Of a stretch of DNA of 64,000 nt, positions 51,601-59,975 are shown in pieces. The first letter of the stretch is position 1. Every line of letters starts with the position of its first letter. The notes beneath the pieces were generated by a model. The model was not told the origin of the DNA. It did not search any database and was given only the letters and a program-made list of their open reading frames with translations. Origin of the DNA: an archaeon (GTDB lineage Archaea > Nanobdellota > Nanobdellia > Woesearchaeales > UBA9642); assembly GCA_020057295.1 (NCBI GenBank), contig JAGVGF010000002.1:160001-224000 (forward strand), in the 5' to 3' direction. The position numbers and the translations under genes are program-made.

Positions 51601-52821
51601 TTACTTTCCTCCAAAGAGTCTTGAGACCCATGCAAGGAAATTTTCCCACCACGAATTTTTACTTCCACTTTGTGTTGTTCCGCCAGCTTGTGTATTTTCA
51701 TTATTGTTTGTATTATTTTGACTTGCTGGTGTACTTTGATTTACAGTCCAAGTGTTTTGTCCATTATTACTCGTATTTGTTACTGGTGTAGTTACGTTTT
51801 GTTTTGGAGCTGTTGTTTGATTTAATGTACATGCTTGTGTCTTTGTTAATACTGTATCTCCAGTAGTATACTTGCATGTTCTTGTACTGATATTTTTTGA
51901 ATTACATGCTGACCATTCTGTACATTCAAGAGTATTTGAGCTTCCGCTAGTACTTCCTCCTGAACTTGAACTTCCGCTTCCACTACTTGTTCCTCCTGAA
52001 CTTCCACTGCCTGTTCCAGGAGTAGGAGTTGGTGTAGGTGTTGGATTTGGTGTTGATGATCCTGATGGTATTGTGACAGCATTTGCATCTAATGTTACTG
52101 CTGTTTGTGCTAGTGCTCTTCCATTTAATGTTGCTCCGGTATTTAGTACGATTGCTGTTTGACCTAGAATATTTCCTTTAAAGTCTGATGTTGTTCCAAG
52201 TGTTGCTTGACCTGCGACTTGCCAGAATATGTTCTTTGCTTGTGCACCGCCACTTAGAATAACTTTTTTACCATTTGCTATATCAAGTGTTTGCGCTATT
52301 TGGAATATCCATACATCTGTTGAACTTCCTGATAATGTAACATCTGTTGGTATTGTAACTCCAGTTCCCCATTTGTAAAGTCCAGGTGTTAATGTCATTC
52401 CGCCTATATTTCCAGCGCCTAATTCAGTATAATCTGGTAATGTTCTTCCAGCTGCATCAGTGTATGCTATTTCCATATCGCCTATAGCTACACCCATAGC
52501 AGTTGGTGTTGGTGGGGTATAATCTGCTGCATATATTTTTCCTGTTACTAAAGATGATGTTGCGAAAGTATTTGATGCATCAGAAATTAATCCGAATCCT
52601 GTTATGAAAGTTGCAGCTGCTGGACTTAATCCAATATCCCCAACTATTGAAGTGGTTCCAGTAGTTGAAACCCCTGATTTTGATAGAATAACGAAATTGC
52701 CTGCTGTTCCAAGATTTACAGCTGATTGTGCTGCGTTGACATTAAATGCGCTCATTAATAATATAGTCGCAAAGATTGCAATATACATGAAAATATTTGA
52801 TGTTGTGTTTTTTTGTTTCAT
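51601..52821 (-). CDS. Ice-binding protein (DUF3494) with PT/GS linker, TSP1-like module and amphipathic tail
   Basis: VNLGTAGNFVILSKSGVS; AADYTPPTP; TLTPGLYKW; DVWIFQIA; GGAQAKNIFWQVAG; LNGRALAQTAVTLD. Confidence 0.95.
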   Translation of the reverse strand: MKQKNTTSNIFMYIAIFATILLMSAFNVNAAQSAVNLGTAGNFVILSKSGVSTTGTTSIVGDIGLSPAAATFITGFGLISDASNTFATSSLVTGKIYAADYTPPTPTAMGVAIGDMEIAYTDAAGRTLPDYTELGAGNIGGMTLTPGLYKWGTGVTIPTDVTLSGSSTDVWIFQIAQTLDIANGKKVILSGGAQAKNIFWQVAGQATLGTTSDFKGNILGQTAIVLNTGATLNGRALAQTAVTLDANAVTIPSGSSTPNPTPTPTPTPGTGSGSSGGTSSGSGSSSSGGSTSGSSNTLECTEWSACNSKNISTRTCKYTTGDTVLTKTQACTLNQTTAPKQNVTTPVTNTSNNGQNTWTVNQSTPASQNNTNNNENTQAGGTTQSGSKNSWWENFLAWVSRLFGGK

Positions 52822-52962
52822 TTTGGTTTCTCCCTTAAATTTATTTTAAATTTTTATTTTGATTGTAAATTATTTTTCTGAATAGCAGCGCAGCAGCTAA
52901 TAAATTAAAATATTCTCTCGTCTAATATGTTTAATACAGATGTCCTTTATTTTTATTTATCC

Positions 52963-53136
52963 TTATTTTTTGTGATGTGGTACACCATTTTGTGGTTTTC
53001 CGCATAATGGACAAATCAATGAAAAACCAACCAATTTAGTTTGATCTATTGACTTTTTACAGTATTTACATATAATCTTATTTTTAAGATTATCACGAAC
53101 GTTGTTGCTTTTTGTTGTTTTGTTGCTTTGTTTCAT
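52963..53136 (-). CDS. 57-aa CPxCG zinc-finger microprotein (not in ORF track)
   Basis: MKQSNKTTKS...ICKYCKK...LICPLCGKPQNGVPHHKK. Confidence 0.65.
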   Translation of the reverse strand: MKQSNKTTKSNNVRDNLKNKIICKYCKKSIDQTKLVGFSLICPLCGKPQNGVPHHKK

Positions 53137-53364
53137 TTTAATCTTTTCATCGAAGATTATTATAGTTCAAAAAATCAAGCATGTTATTGTTCGGGATTTT
53201 AAACCTGTAACAATTCCCCAATAATATAGATAAGTAGATGAAGTATAAGGATGCTTGGTTGGGATAAACAACAAGAAAAGACTTATTTGTTGGAACTTCA
53301 GAAATGATTTAAGCACAACTTAAGTCGTTGAAAGAAATTTTGGACATTTAACCTCTATATTCAT

Positions 53365-53934
53365 TTACAATCGTTTTTTTGTATCTAGAGGGAATAATTC
53401 ATATTCAGAAATATCTTTCTTATCAATGATTTCCATTAACAAACCAAGAGGACTTTGTGTGATAATTTTATCAACTGAGAATGTGTAAACTTCTTTTATC
53501 TCAATATAATTTTGATATTTGGTTTGAATATTAGAGATATACTCCTCTTTTTGTGATGTGTCTCTAAATCCTATTAATAGAATATGAGATGCTTGTGCAT
53601 CAGCTACTCTGTACGCTGCGATTACGTATGGTATTTTTGAGATACGCTCAGCAATTGAACTATCAGAATATTTATCCCACACTGCAGGTTTTATGCGGAT
53701 GACAAGTAATGCCATGGCGTGAATGCCTATTTTTTTAAAATCTATTATCGGCATATATCCTTCTATGATTCCTAATTGTTCAAGTTTTTCTCTTATCTTA
53801 AAAACTGCCTGAGGAGAAATACCCATGTCTGTTGCTATTTTGCTGTCTAGAATTCTTGAATGTTCTATAATCTTACGTAATACATCTTTATCATTCTCCG
53901 TTAACTTTGGAGAATTTGGATCTGCTTTAAGCAT
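53365..53934 (-). CDS. Lrp/AsnC family transcriptional regulator
   Basis: LTE.DK.VL, IA...GISPQAV..IREKLE..GII.GY.PIIDF.KIG. Confidence 0.9.
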   Translation of the reverse strand: MLKADPNSPKLTENDKDVLRKIIEHSRILDSKIATDMGISPQAVFKIREKLEQLGIIEGYMPIIDFKKIGIHAMALLVIRIKPAVWDKYSDSSIAERISKIPYVIAAYRVADAQASHILLIGFRDTSQKEEYISNIQTKYQNYIEIKEVYTFSVDKIITQSPLGLLMEIIDKKDISEYELFPLDTKKRL

Positions 53935-54009
53935 AAAGTTGAAAAGACTATCAAGATTATAAAGCTGCGTTAAAAATCTCTCTAAGAAATTTTTTAACTT
54001 GAGTAATAT

Positions 54010-54573
54010 TTAATTTTTCTTGTTTATTGGAAATAATTCATATGTAGAAAAATCATTCTTATCTATAACTTCATTTAGTAAGCTAATCGGATTCTGAATT
54101 ATTATTTGATCCACTGAGAAAGAATATGCTTCTCTTATTTCAATTTCGTTTGCATACTTAGTTTGCATTTGAGAGACAAATTGTTCTTTTTGTGCTATGT
54201 CTCTAAATCCTATTAATAGAATGTGTGATGCTTGTACATCTGTAACTCTATACGCTGAGATGATGTACGGGATTTTTGAAATACGTTCGGAAACTTCAAA
54301 GTCTTTGTATTTATCCCATACTTCAGATTTAACGCGAATGATAATTATTGCTAGAGCGTTGATTCCTATTTTTTTAAAGTCTATTATCGGCATATATCCT
54401 TTTATAATTCCTTGTGATTCAAGTTTTTCTCTTATTTTAAATACTGCTTGAGGAGAAATACCGATTTCTTGTGCTATTTTGCTATCTGGGACTTTAGAAT
54501 TTTCTATAATTTTACGTAAAACTTCTTTATCGTGTTCTGTCAATTTTGGAGAATCGGAGTCCGCTTTGAGCAT
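54010..54573 (-). CDS. Lrp/AsnC family transcriptional regulator (tandem paralogue)
   Basis: Colinear and highly similar to 53365-53934. Confidence 0.9.
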   Translation of the reverse strand: MLKADSDSPKLTEHDKEVLRKIIENSKVPDSKIAQEIGISPQAVFKIREKLESQGIIKGYMPIIDFKKIGINALAIIIIRVKSEVWDKYKDFEVSERISKIPYIISAYRVTDVQASHILLIGFRDIAQKEQFVSQMQTKYANEIEIREAYSFSVDQIIIQNPISLLNEVIDKNDFSTYELFPINKKN

Positions 54574-54701
54574 AACTTCTTTAAAGCATTCAAATATAAA
54601 AATTTTCTTTAATTTCTCGATATATATTTTTCTACTTTTATGTTTTATTGTCGCTATAGCCTAAATATTTCTATTTATTTTAAAACTATCAGTCTCTCTT
54701 G

Positions 54702-54730
54702 TTTTGTGCTTAAATCGAAACATTTATATA
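54702..54730 (+). promoter_or_regulatory. TTTTGTGCTTAAAT motif abutting BRE/TATA CGAAACATTTATATA
   Basis: Both elements recur upstream of 12046. Confidence 0.55.
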
Positions 54731-54788
54731 TAAGTTAGAGTAAATACTACTACTAATAAGTAACAACTTATTTCGTTGGGGGATTTAT

Positions 54789-54938
54789 ATGATCAATCGA
54801 TTATACAATGATATAACTGTTTCAGACTTGACATTATCTCAAGTTGAAGCGTTAATAAAAGACGACGATATTGAATACTCTGGAGACTACGGTTTCAAAG
54901 TTCAAGATAATGTTAAACTAATATTTAGTATGAATTAA
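54789..54938 (+). CDS. 49-aa acidic microprotein (not in ORF track)
   Basis: MINRLYNDITVSDLTLSQVEALIKDDDIEYSGDYGFKVQDNVKLIFSMN; own TATA box and GGGGGA SD. Confidence 0.65.
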   Translation: MINRLYNDITVSDLTLSQVEALIKDDDIEYSGDYGFKVQDNVKLIFSMN

Positions 54939-54964
54939 TTATACAAAGAAATAATACTCAAAAA

Positions 54965-55043
54965 CACCTCACCTTTTTTGCACGAAGGACACCAATCACC
55001 TCACCCACTAATTTTCTGATTTGTTCTTCGTGCACTTTTTTTT
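54965..55043 (+). terminator. 13-bp stem-loop plus T-run with two CACCTCACC motifs (terminator and/or small structured RNA)
   Basis: TGCACGAAGGACA (54979-54991) pairs with TGTTCTTCGTGCA (55022-55034), followed by T8. Confidence 0.55.
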
Positions 55044-55049
55044 ATTCAG

Positions 55050-56261
55050 TTAGCTATTTTTTATACTGGCATAATCTTCTAAAACTATTTTATCTACATT
55101 ATCTAAATCTGTAACCTTGTAAAGTTTTCCTTCACCAATTTCTACAATTTTTTTAGCTAGTTCTAAACCTTTATTATCTAAATTTATTCCAACCATTGAA
55201 ATAGTTATACGATTATTTCTAGCCTGACTGACAGCTTGTAGCGTTTCATTTTCTGGAATTGTTCCTTTCGTTGGCAGCGCATCAGTCAACAATATAAGAT
55301 GTTTAGTATCATTTTTTGGAAATAATTCTATTGCTTTACCAATAGATTTAGCTATATCTGTTTCCATCGATGCCTTAATTTCTGAAAGTTTTCTTAACAA
55401 TTCCATAAAATCTAATGTTGGCGGAACACACTCTTTTATTTCAGAACCAAAAACCACTAGTCCTACACGATTTTTCTCTTGGATTGCTTTAAATGCTAAT
55501 GCTATCCCTGCCTTCTTTGCAATCTTTAATTTTTCACCTTTCATACTTCCAGAAGCATCAATACCATAAATTATAGAAATTTTACCTTCAGTTTTTCTGT
55601 CATATGCTTTCAAGTCTTCTTTAGAAATTTCCGAATGTCCACGACGTAGAGATGTTTTGATGGTTTGTTTAATTGCCAAATCTCTATATCTATTATTTTT
55701 ATATGATCTATAATCTTCTTTGTCACCATGAATATTTTGCTTCTTACTTTTTTTCTCACCAAAACCTTTTGGTATTAAATGATCTAATTCTTCAACATAT
55801 AATACTAATGCGCTAAGCGTTAAGCCTTTATCTGTTATTGTTCCATCCTTATTTAGAAAACCGTCTTCTTTCAAATCATCAATTTTATCATTAATTTTTT
55901 TCTGTAATTCTCTTTTGAATTCAGGAATATTAATATTTTTTTCAATATAATTAGGACTGTAACCAGTTAGTTCTCTAATAATAACTTCGCCATACAATTT
56001 TTTTGCTAGTTTGTAATCTTTAATTAAGTTTTGAAATATCATATCAGGAGTTAAACTACCAATACCTTGTGTAACACTTTCAGAAATTAATCTGCCATCA
56101 CTAATATTTTCTTTATCATCTTCTAGAATAGAATGCATTAATTTTTCTTCATCAGTCTGACTTTTTAATTTACCTTTCTGTTCTTCAACTTCTTCAAGTT
56201 TTGGTATAATTCTTTCTACATCCTGTGAATCATGTGTCGTTTCTAGGCTAGGTATAACCAC
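55050..56261 (-). CDS. vWA-domain protein (ChlD C-terminus-like)
   Basis: DLAI..TI....RRG; IDASGSM MIDAS; TDI; LLTDALPT. Confidence 0.88.
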   Translation of the reverse strand: MVIPSLETTHDSQDVERIIPKLEEVEEQKGKLKSQTDEEKLMHSILEDDKENISDGRLISESVTQGIGSLTPDMIFQNLIKDYKLAKKLYGEVIIRELTGYSPNYIEKNINIPEFKRELQKKINDKIDDLKEDGFLNKDGTITDKGLTLSALVLYVEELDHLIPKGFGEKKSKKQNIHGDKEDYRSYKNNRYRDLAIKQTIKTSLRRGHSEISKEDLKAYDRKTEGKISIIYGIDASGSMKGEKLKIAKKAGIALAFKAIQEKNRVGLVVFGSEIKECVPPTLDFMELLRKLSEIKASMETDIAKSIGKAIELFPKNDTKHLILLTDALPTKGTIPENETLQAVSQARNNRITISMVGINLDNKGLELAKKIVEIGEGKLYKVTDLDNVDKIVLEDYASIKNS

Positions 56262-57267
56262 TCTTTCTGCCCTTAAATTTTTTGAATTCTTCAGCTAAAT
56301 ATTTTTCTGGAGTTTCAAGATATTTTATTGAGGGCTTTAATCTTATTCTGTGTGATATTACTGATAACATAACTTCTTTTATATGTTCGCTATTTACTGT
56401 TTTGTCTTTAGATAAGTATGCTACAGCCTGTGCTCTTTCATATATTCCGAGGCTTGCTCTCACTGATGGTTTTTTATCGATGTTAGGATCGTTACGTAAA
56501 CTTCTAATGAAGTCTATTGTATGATTTAGTAAATCTTCAGGGAATGTTACCTCATCAATTCTCTTACCTTTCATAGAAACTATTTTTCTCTCTATTTCTA
56601 AAGTTTCAGGATATCCCATATATATCATATCAAATCTATCCAGGAATACATCACTTAAAGTTTCTGTACTCGTATCTTCAGGATTCATTGTACCAATAAA
56701 TACGAATTCTGCTGGGAAATCAATATTATAACTACCAATAGTTACTTTTTTCTCCTCTAAAACTTGTAATAATGCATTCTGTAACTTTTCACTACATCTA
56801 TTTATCTCATCAAAAAATAATATTCCATTATTTGCCCTAAATATTTTACCAGGAGTGAATGCTTCAATACTTAATGGACCATACTTCATAGCTTTTATTG
56901 GATCAATATCTCCAAGTAAATCTTCAGCCGTCAAATCTGGACTACCCTGTATTCTAATAAATCTATCTTCACCACTGACATTTTTGTGTTTTATCTTATC
57001 TTTATTGTTTAAACACTCAGGGCATATTGCACGTTCAGGAGTGCAGTTGAAGCCACAATTATTAACTTTCATGTCAGGCAATATTTTAGCAATATTTTTT
57101 GCAAGAGTTGTTTTACCAATACCAGGATTACCAATAAGAATTACGTGTCTATCCATTAACAGTGCAGATTTTAAGTCACGCTTAACATTTTCTTGACCCA
57201 GTATATCTTCAAATTGTTCATCAATAATTTTTCGACGTAAAACGTCACTAATAAGTATATTATTCAT
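56248..57267 (-). CDS. ChlI/MoxR-like AAA+ ATPase
   Basis: ILGQE, GNPGIGKT, ANNGILFFDEINR, QNALLQ.LEE, TMNPE, DRF. Confidence 0.92.
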   Translation of the reverse strand: MNNILISDVLRRKIIDEQFEDILGQENVKRDLKSALLMDRHVILIGNPGIGKTTLAKNIAKILPDMKVNNCGFNCTPERAICPECLNNKDKIKHKNVSGEDRFIRIQGSPDLTAEDLLGDIDPIKAMKYGPLSIEAFTPGKIFRANNGILFFDEINRCSEKLQNALLQVLEEKKVTIGSYNIDFPAEFVFIGTMNPEDTSTETLSDVFLDRFDMIYMGYPETLEIERKIVSMKGKRIDEVTFPEDLLNHTIDFIRSLRNDPNIDKKPSVRASLGIYERAQAVAYLSKDKTVNSEHIKEVMLSVISHRIRLKPSIKYLETPEKYLAEEFKKFKGRKSGYT

Positions 57268-57356
57268 AGTACCACCTAGGGCCGTTAATGACGATACTAT
57301 TTATAAATGTTTGTCTAGAATAATGCAATATTTTCTACTATATTTATACATTTTGA

Positions 57357-57953
57357 TTAGAATAATAAACAGAAATATATTATACATGCACTAATTACAG
57401 GAACTAAAAAATTATCATCGATAGTATCATTATAAAATCTTATATCTAAAGATTCGACACTCATTGCGATAATTGCTGCAATAGTTGCAAAGATCCAATT
57501 TACAAATAGGCTTGCCGCTATACTTGCAAATATTATTCCTACAATTGTTCCTTCAATAAGTCTAGTATCGTTTAATGGATGTTTAATTTTACCATAATGT
57601 TTACCAATCATTGCAGATATACTATCTCCAAAAGTCCAAATCATAAGTGATGCTAACACAATATTTTTATCAAAAAATACGGTTATTAATAATACTCCTG
57701 CGAATAAGTATATTACTCCTTTGCCTGGAGCCTTTTTACGTAACTTTTCTCTCTCAAAAATTTTTAAAAACCAATGAATTATCGGAATATCAAAATGTTG
57801 ATATATTAGAGATATAACAAGTCCTATAATTATTATACTTATAGTCATCCAAGGTTTAAGAAAGTCAAAATAAATTAATACAGATAATACTAACCCAAGT
57901 GTTATATGAAAAAATTTTCTTCTAAGTTCTAACCAATCAATATTTCCACGCAT
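57357..57953 (-). CDS. Dolichol/phytol kinase-like (SEC59/DGK1) membrane CTP-dependent kinase
   Basis: E..RK.FH, FGDS.SA..GK..G, EGT, DDNF.VP; ATG at 57953. Confidence 0.88.
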   Translation of the reverse strand: MRGNIDWLELRRKFFHITLGLVLSVLIYFDFLKPWMTISIIIIGLVISLIYQHFDIPIIHWFLKIFEREKLRKKAPGKGVIYLFAGVLLITVFFDKNIVLASLMIWTFGDSISAMIGKHYGKIKHPLNDTRLIEGTIVGIIFASIAASLFVNWIFATIAAIIAMSVESLDIRFYNDTIDDNFLVPVISACIIYFCLLF

Positions 57954-58542
57954 ACTTCTCACCAATTTTAAGGAATATCCATCCTATACTGTATCCGATT
58001 ATCGCTCCGCCAATTACATCACTTAAATAGTGTACTCCAAGATATATTCTGCTGAAACCAACAAGTATCGCAAACGTCCAGAATATCCATTTAATTTTCG
58101 GAAAATTTTTACTCATTACAGGAATAATGCTAAAGAACATCATTGTGTGTCCTGAAGGAAATGAGCTCATACTTGTTTGTATGCTGCTGTTTATGTTTAA
58201 TGCTTCAAAAGGTCTTGGTCTATTAATCAAAGTTTTTAGAATGTAGATCATTAATGGATCTATAATAACAGTTAATCCTAGTGCTAAAAATTTCCTCTGA
58301 TTAATTATTAACACAGCTAAAAGTATTAACGCAATCCAAGCAAATATATACATTTCTCCAAATAATGTTATTAGATAAAAAATCGTTAACAATAACGGAT
58401 ATTGAATATTATCTATAAACAGGATGATAACTTTATCCAATAGAAAACTTACTAAAAATATTATTAATGATATTATGTAAGTAGGAATATTTACATCAAG
58501 TAAAATGTTTTTTGTATTATTTTTGTTAAGGATTTTTTTCAT
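57937..58542 (-). CDS. PAP2 family lipid phosphatase
   Basis: K....RPRP, SFPSGH, SRIYLGVHY.SDV. Confidence 0.93.
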   Translation of the reverse strand: MKKILNKNNTKNILLDVNIPTYIISLIIFLVSFLLDKVIILFIDNIQYPLLLTIFYLITLFGEMYIFAWIALILLAVLIINQRKFLALGLTVIIDPLMIYILKTLINRPRPFEALNINSSIQTSMSSFPSGHTMMFFSIIPVMSKNFPKIKWIFWTFAILVGFSRIYLGVHYLSDVIGGAIIGYSIGWIFLKIGEKYAWKY

Positions 58543-59888
58543 ATTATCTTAATATTTTTTGTTCTTCTACTAATAAATTCTTGTTTGCATAAATCTTGTA
58601 AAAATATTTTTGGATCGACATACTTTCTTGGCATTACAGCATATATTCTGTTTCCTTTGATGCATGTTTTATGTTTCAATTCGGTATGTTTTTTCAAAAA
58701 TTTTTCATAATCTATTTTTGCGCTTATTGGTGGACCTTCTTGTTCAACTTCTTTACTCATGTTTTTATCGACTATAAAATACATTTCAGCAAATCTTTTG
58801 TCAAAGATGAAATTCCAGTTACTAGCTAAAACCTTAAAATCATTTAACTGCATTTGTTCAATTAATGTTTCATAAACTTTTAAAACTTTTGTACCTACAA
58901 CGTCTTTACTGCCATCGAGAGTTTCGATATTTGCCTGTACTATGTTTATTTGAGAAATTGTTTTTGAATAGTTTACTTTAACGTTTTTTGTTTTTTCTGA
59001 AATATCTTTTTTTATTTCAAATTTTTTTATTTCAAAAAAATCTTTAGAAGGTTTTTCTAAAAATCTTTTCGCAGCATCAATAAATATTATTAGTTTTTCC
59101 CTACTTAAAGCTGCAGCACTATTACGTTCAGTTTGTATGGGATCAATAATTATTAATGGTGAAATTTTACTTTGATTTAAATCTTTCAATGGATTTTTTT
59201 GATGTTTTTCTGGATCAATGATTATTGGTTTGTTAACACTAATATCTTCATATTTACTAAATGCCTTTAATAGGTTGATAAATGATCCGTAGTATATTAT
59301 TAGTATGTCTAGTATGTGTCCACTAAATCCATTAACATAACTTTCTGCACCATAAACTCCATTAGTTTTGCAAAATTGTTTAGCTAATCTTATCTCGTCC
59401 GTGAGTTTTGAGTTTTTATCTGTATACTTTTTAACCCATGTCACATGTTCTGGACTCAGATCTGTGATATTTAGTGCTTCGTTATGATTTTGTGCATGCA
59501 CTAATATAACTGGTATTACTTCAAAATTTAATATTTTGTTTTTCTTTTTTTGTTCAAACTGAAAATAATCTCTACTACCGTGTATTCTGTCCAATTTTTT
59601 GACTTTTAATTCTTTACACAAAATTTTCAATATTTTTTCAGTTAATTCAGAAATATCATATTCTATATACGATTGATTATATCTTACAAATAAATCTATA
59701 TCATAATCATTTTTTAAGAATGTTCCTTTAGCTATACTTCCACCTTTAACACATTCAGCTACTAACTTAGATTTTTTAAGTAATTTATTTATTCTATCTA
59801 CAACGCTATCTACATCTACTAGTATGCTATTATCTGGTCTAATTTTGTCTTTTACAGATTCTAAAATTTTGACGTATTTATCCACCAT
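58539..59888 (-). CDS. cca: Archaeal class I CCA-adding enzyme
   Basis: GGSIAKGTFL..DYDIDLF, YGAE....GFSG, IIDP....RN.AAALS. Confidence 0.93.
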   Translation of the reverse strand: MVDKYVKILESVKDKIRPDNSILVDVDSVVDRINKLLKKSKLVAECVKGGSIAKGTFLKNDYDIDLFVRYNQSYIEYDISELTEKILKILCKELKVKKLDRIHGSRDYFQFEQKKKNKILNFEVIPVILVHAQNHNEALNITDLSPEHVTWVKKYTDKNSKLTDEIRLAKQFCKTNGVYGAESYVNGFSGHILDILIIYYGSFINLLKAFSKYEDISVNKPIIIDPEKHQKNPLKDLNQSKISPLIIIDPIQTERNSAAALSREKLIIFIDAAKRFLEKPSKDFFEIKKFEIKKDISEKTKNVKVNYSKTISQINIVQANIETLDGSKDVVGTKVLKVYETLIEQMQLNDFKVLASNWNFIFDKRFAEMYFIVDKNMSKEVEQEGPPISAKIDYEKFLKKHTELKHKTCIKGNRIYAVMPRKYVDPKIFLQDLCKQEFISRRTKNIKII

Positions 59889-59975
59889 GGCATATTTTAG
59901 TATGATGTGTTTTAAAATTTTCCCACTTTTAACGTAAACTTAATAAATCTTGATTACGATTATTGCGTTAAAGAG

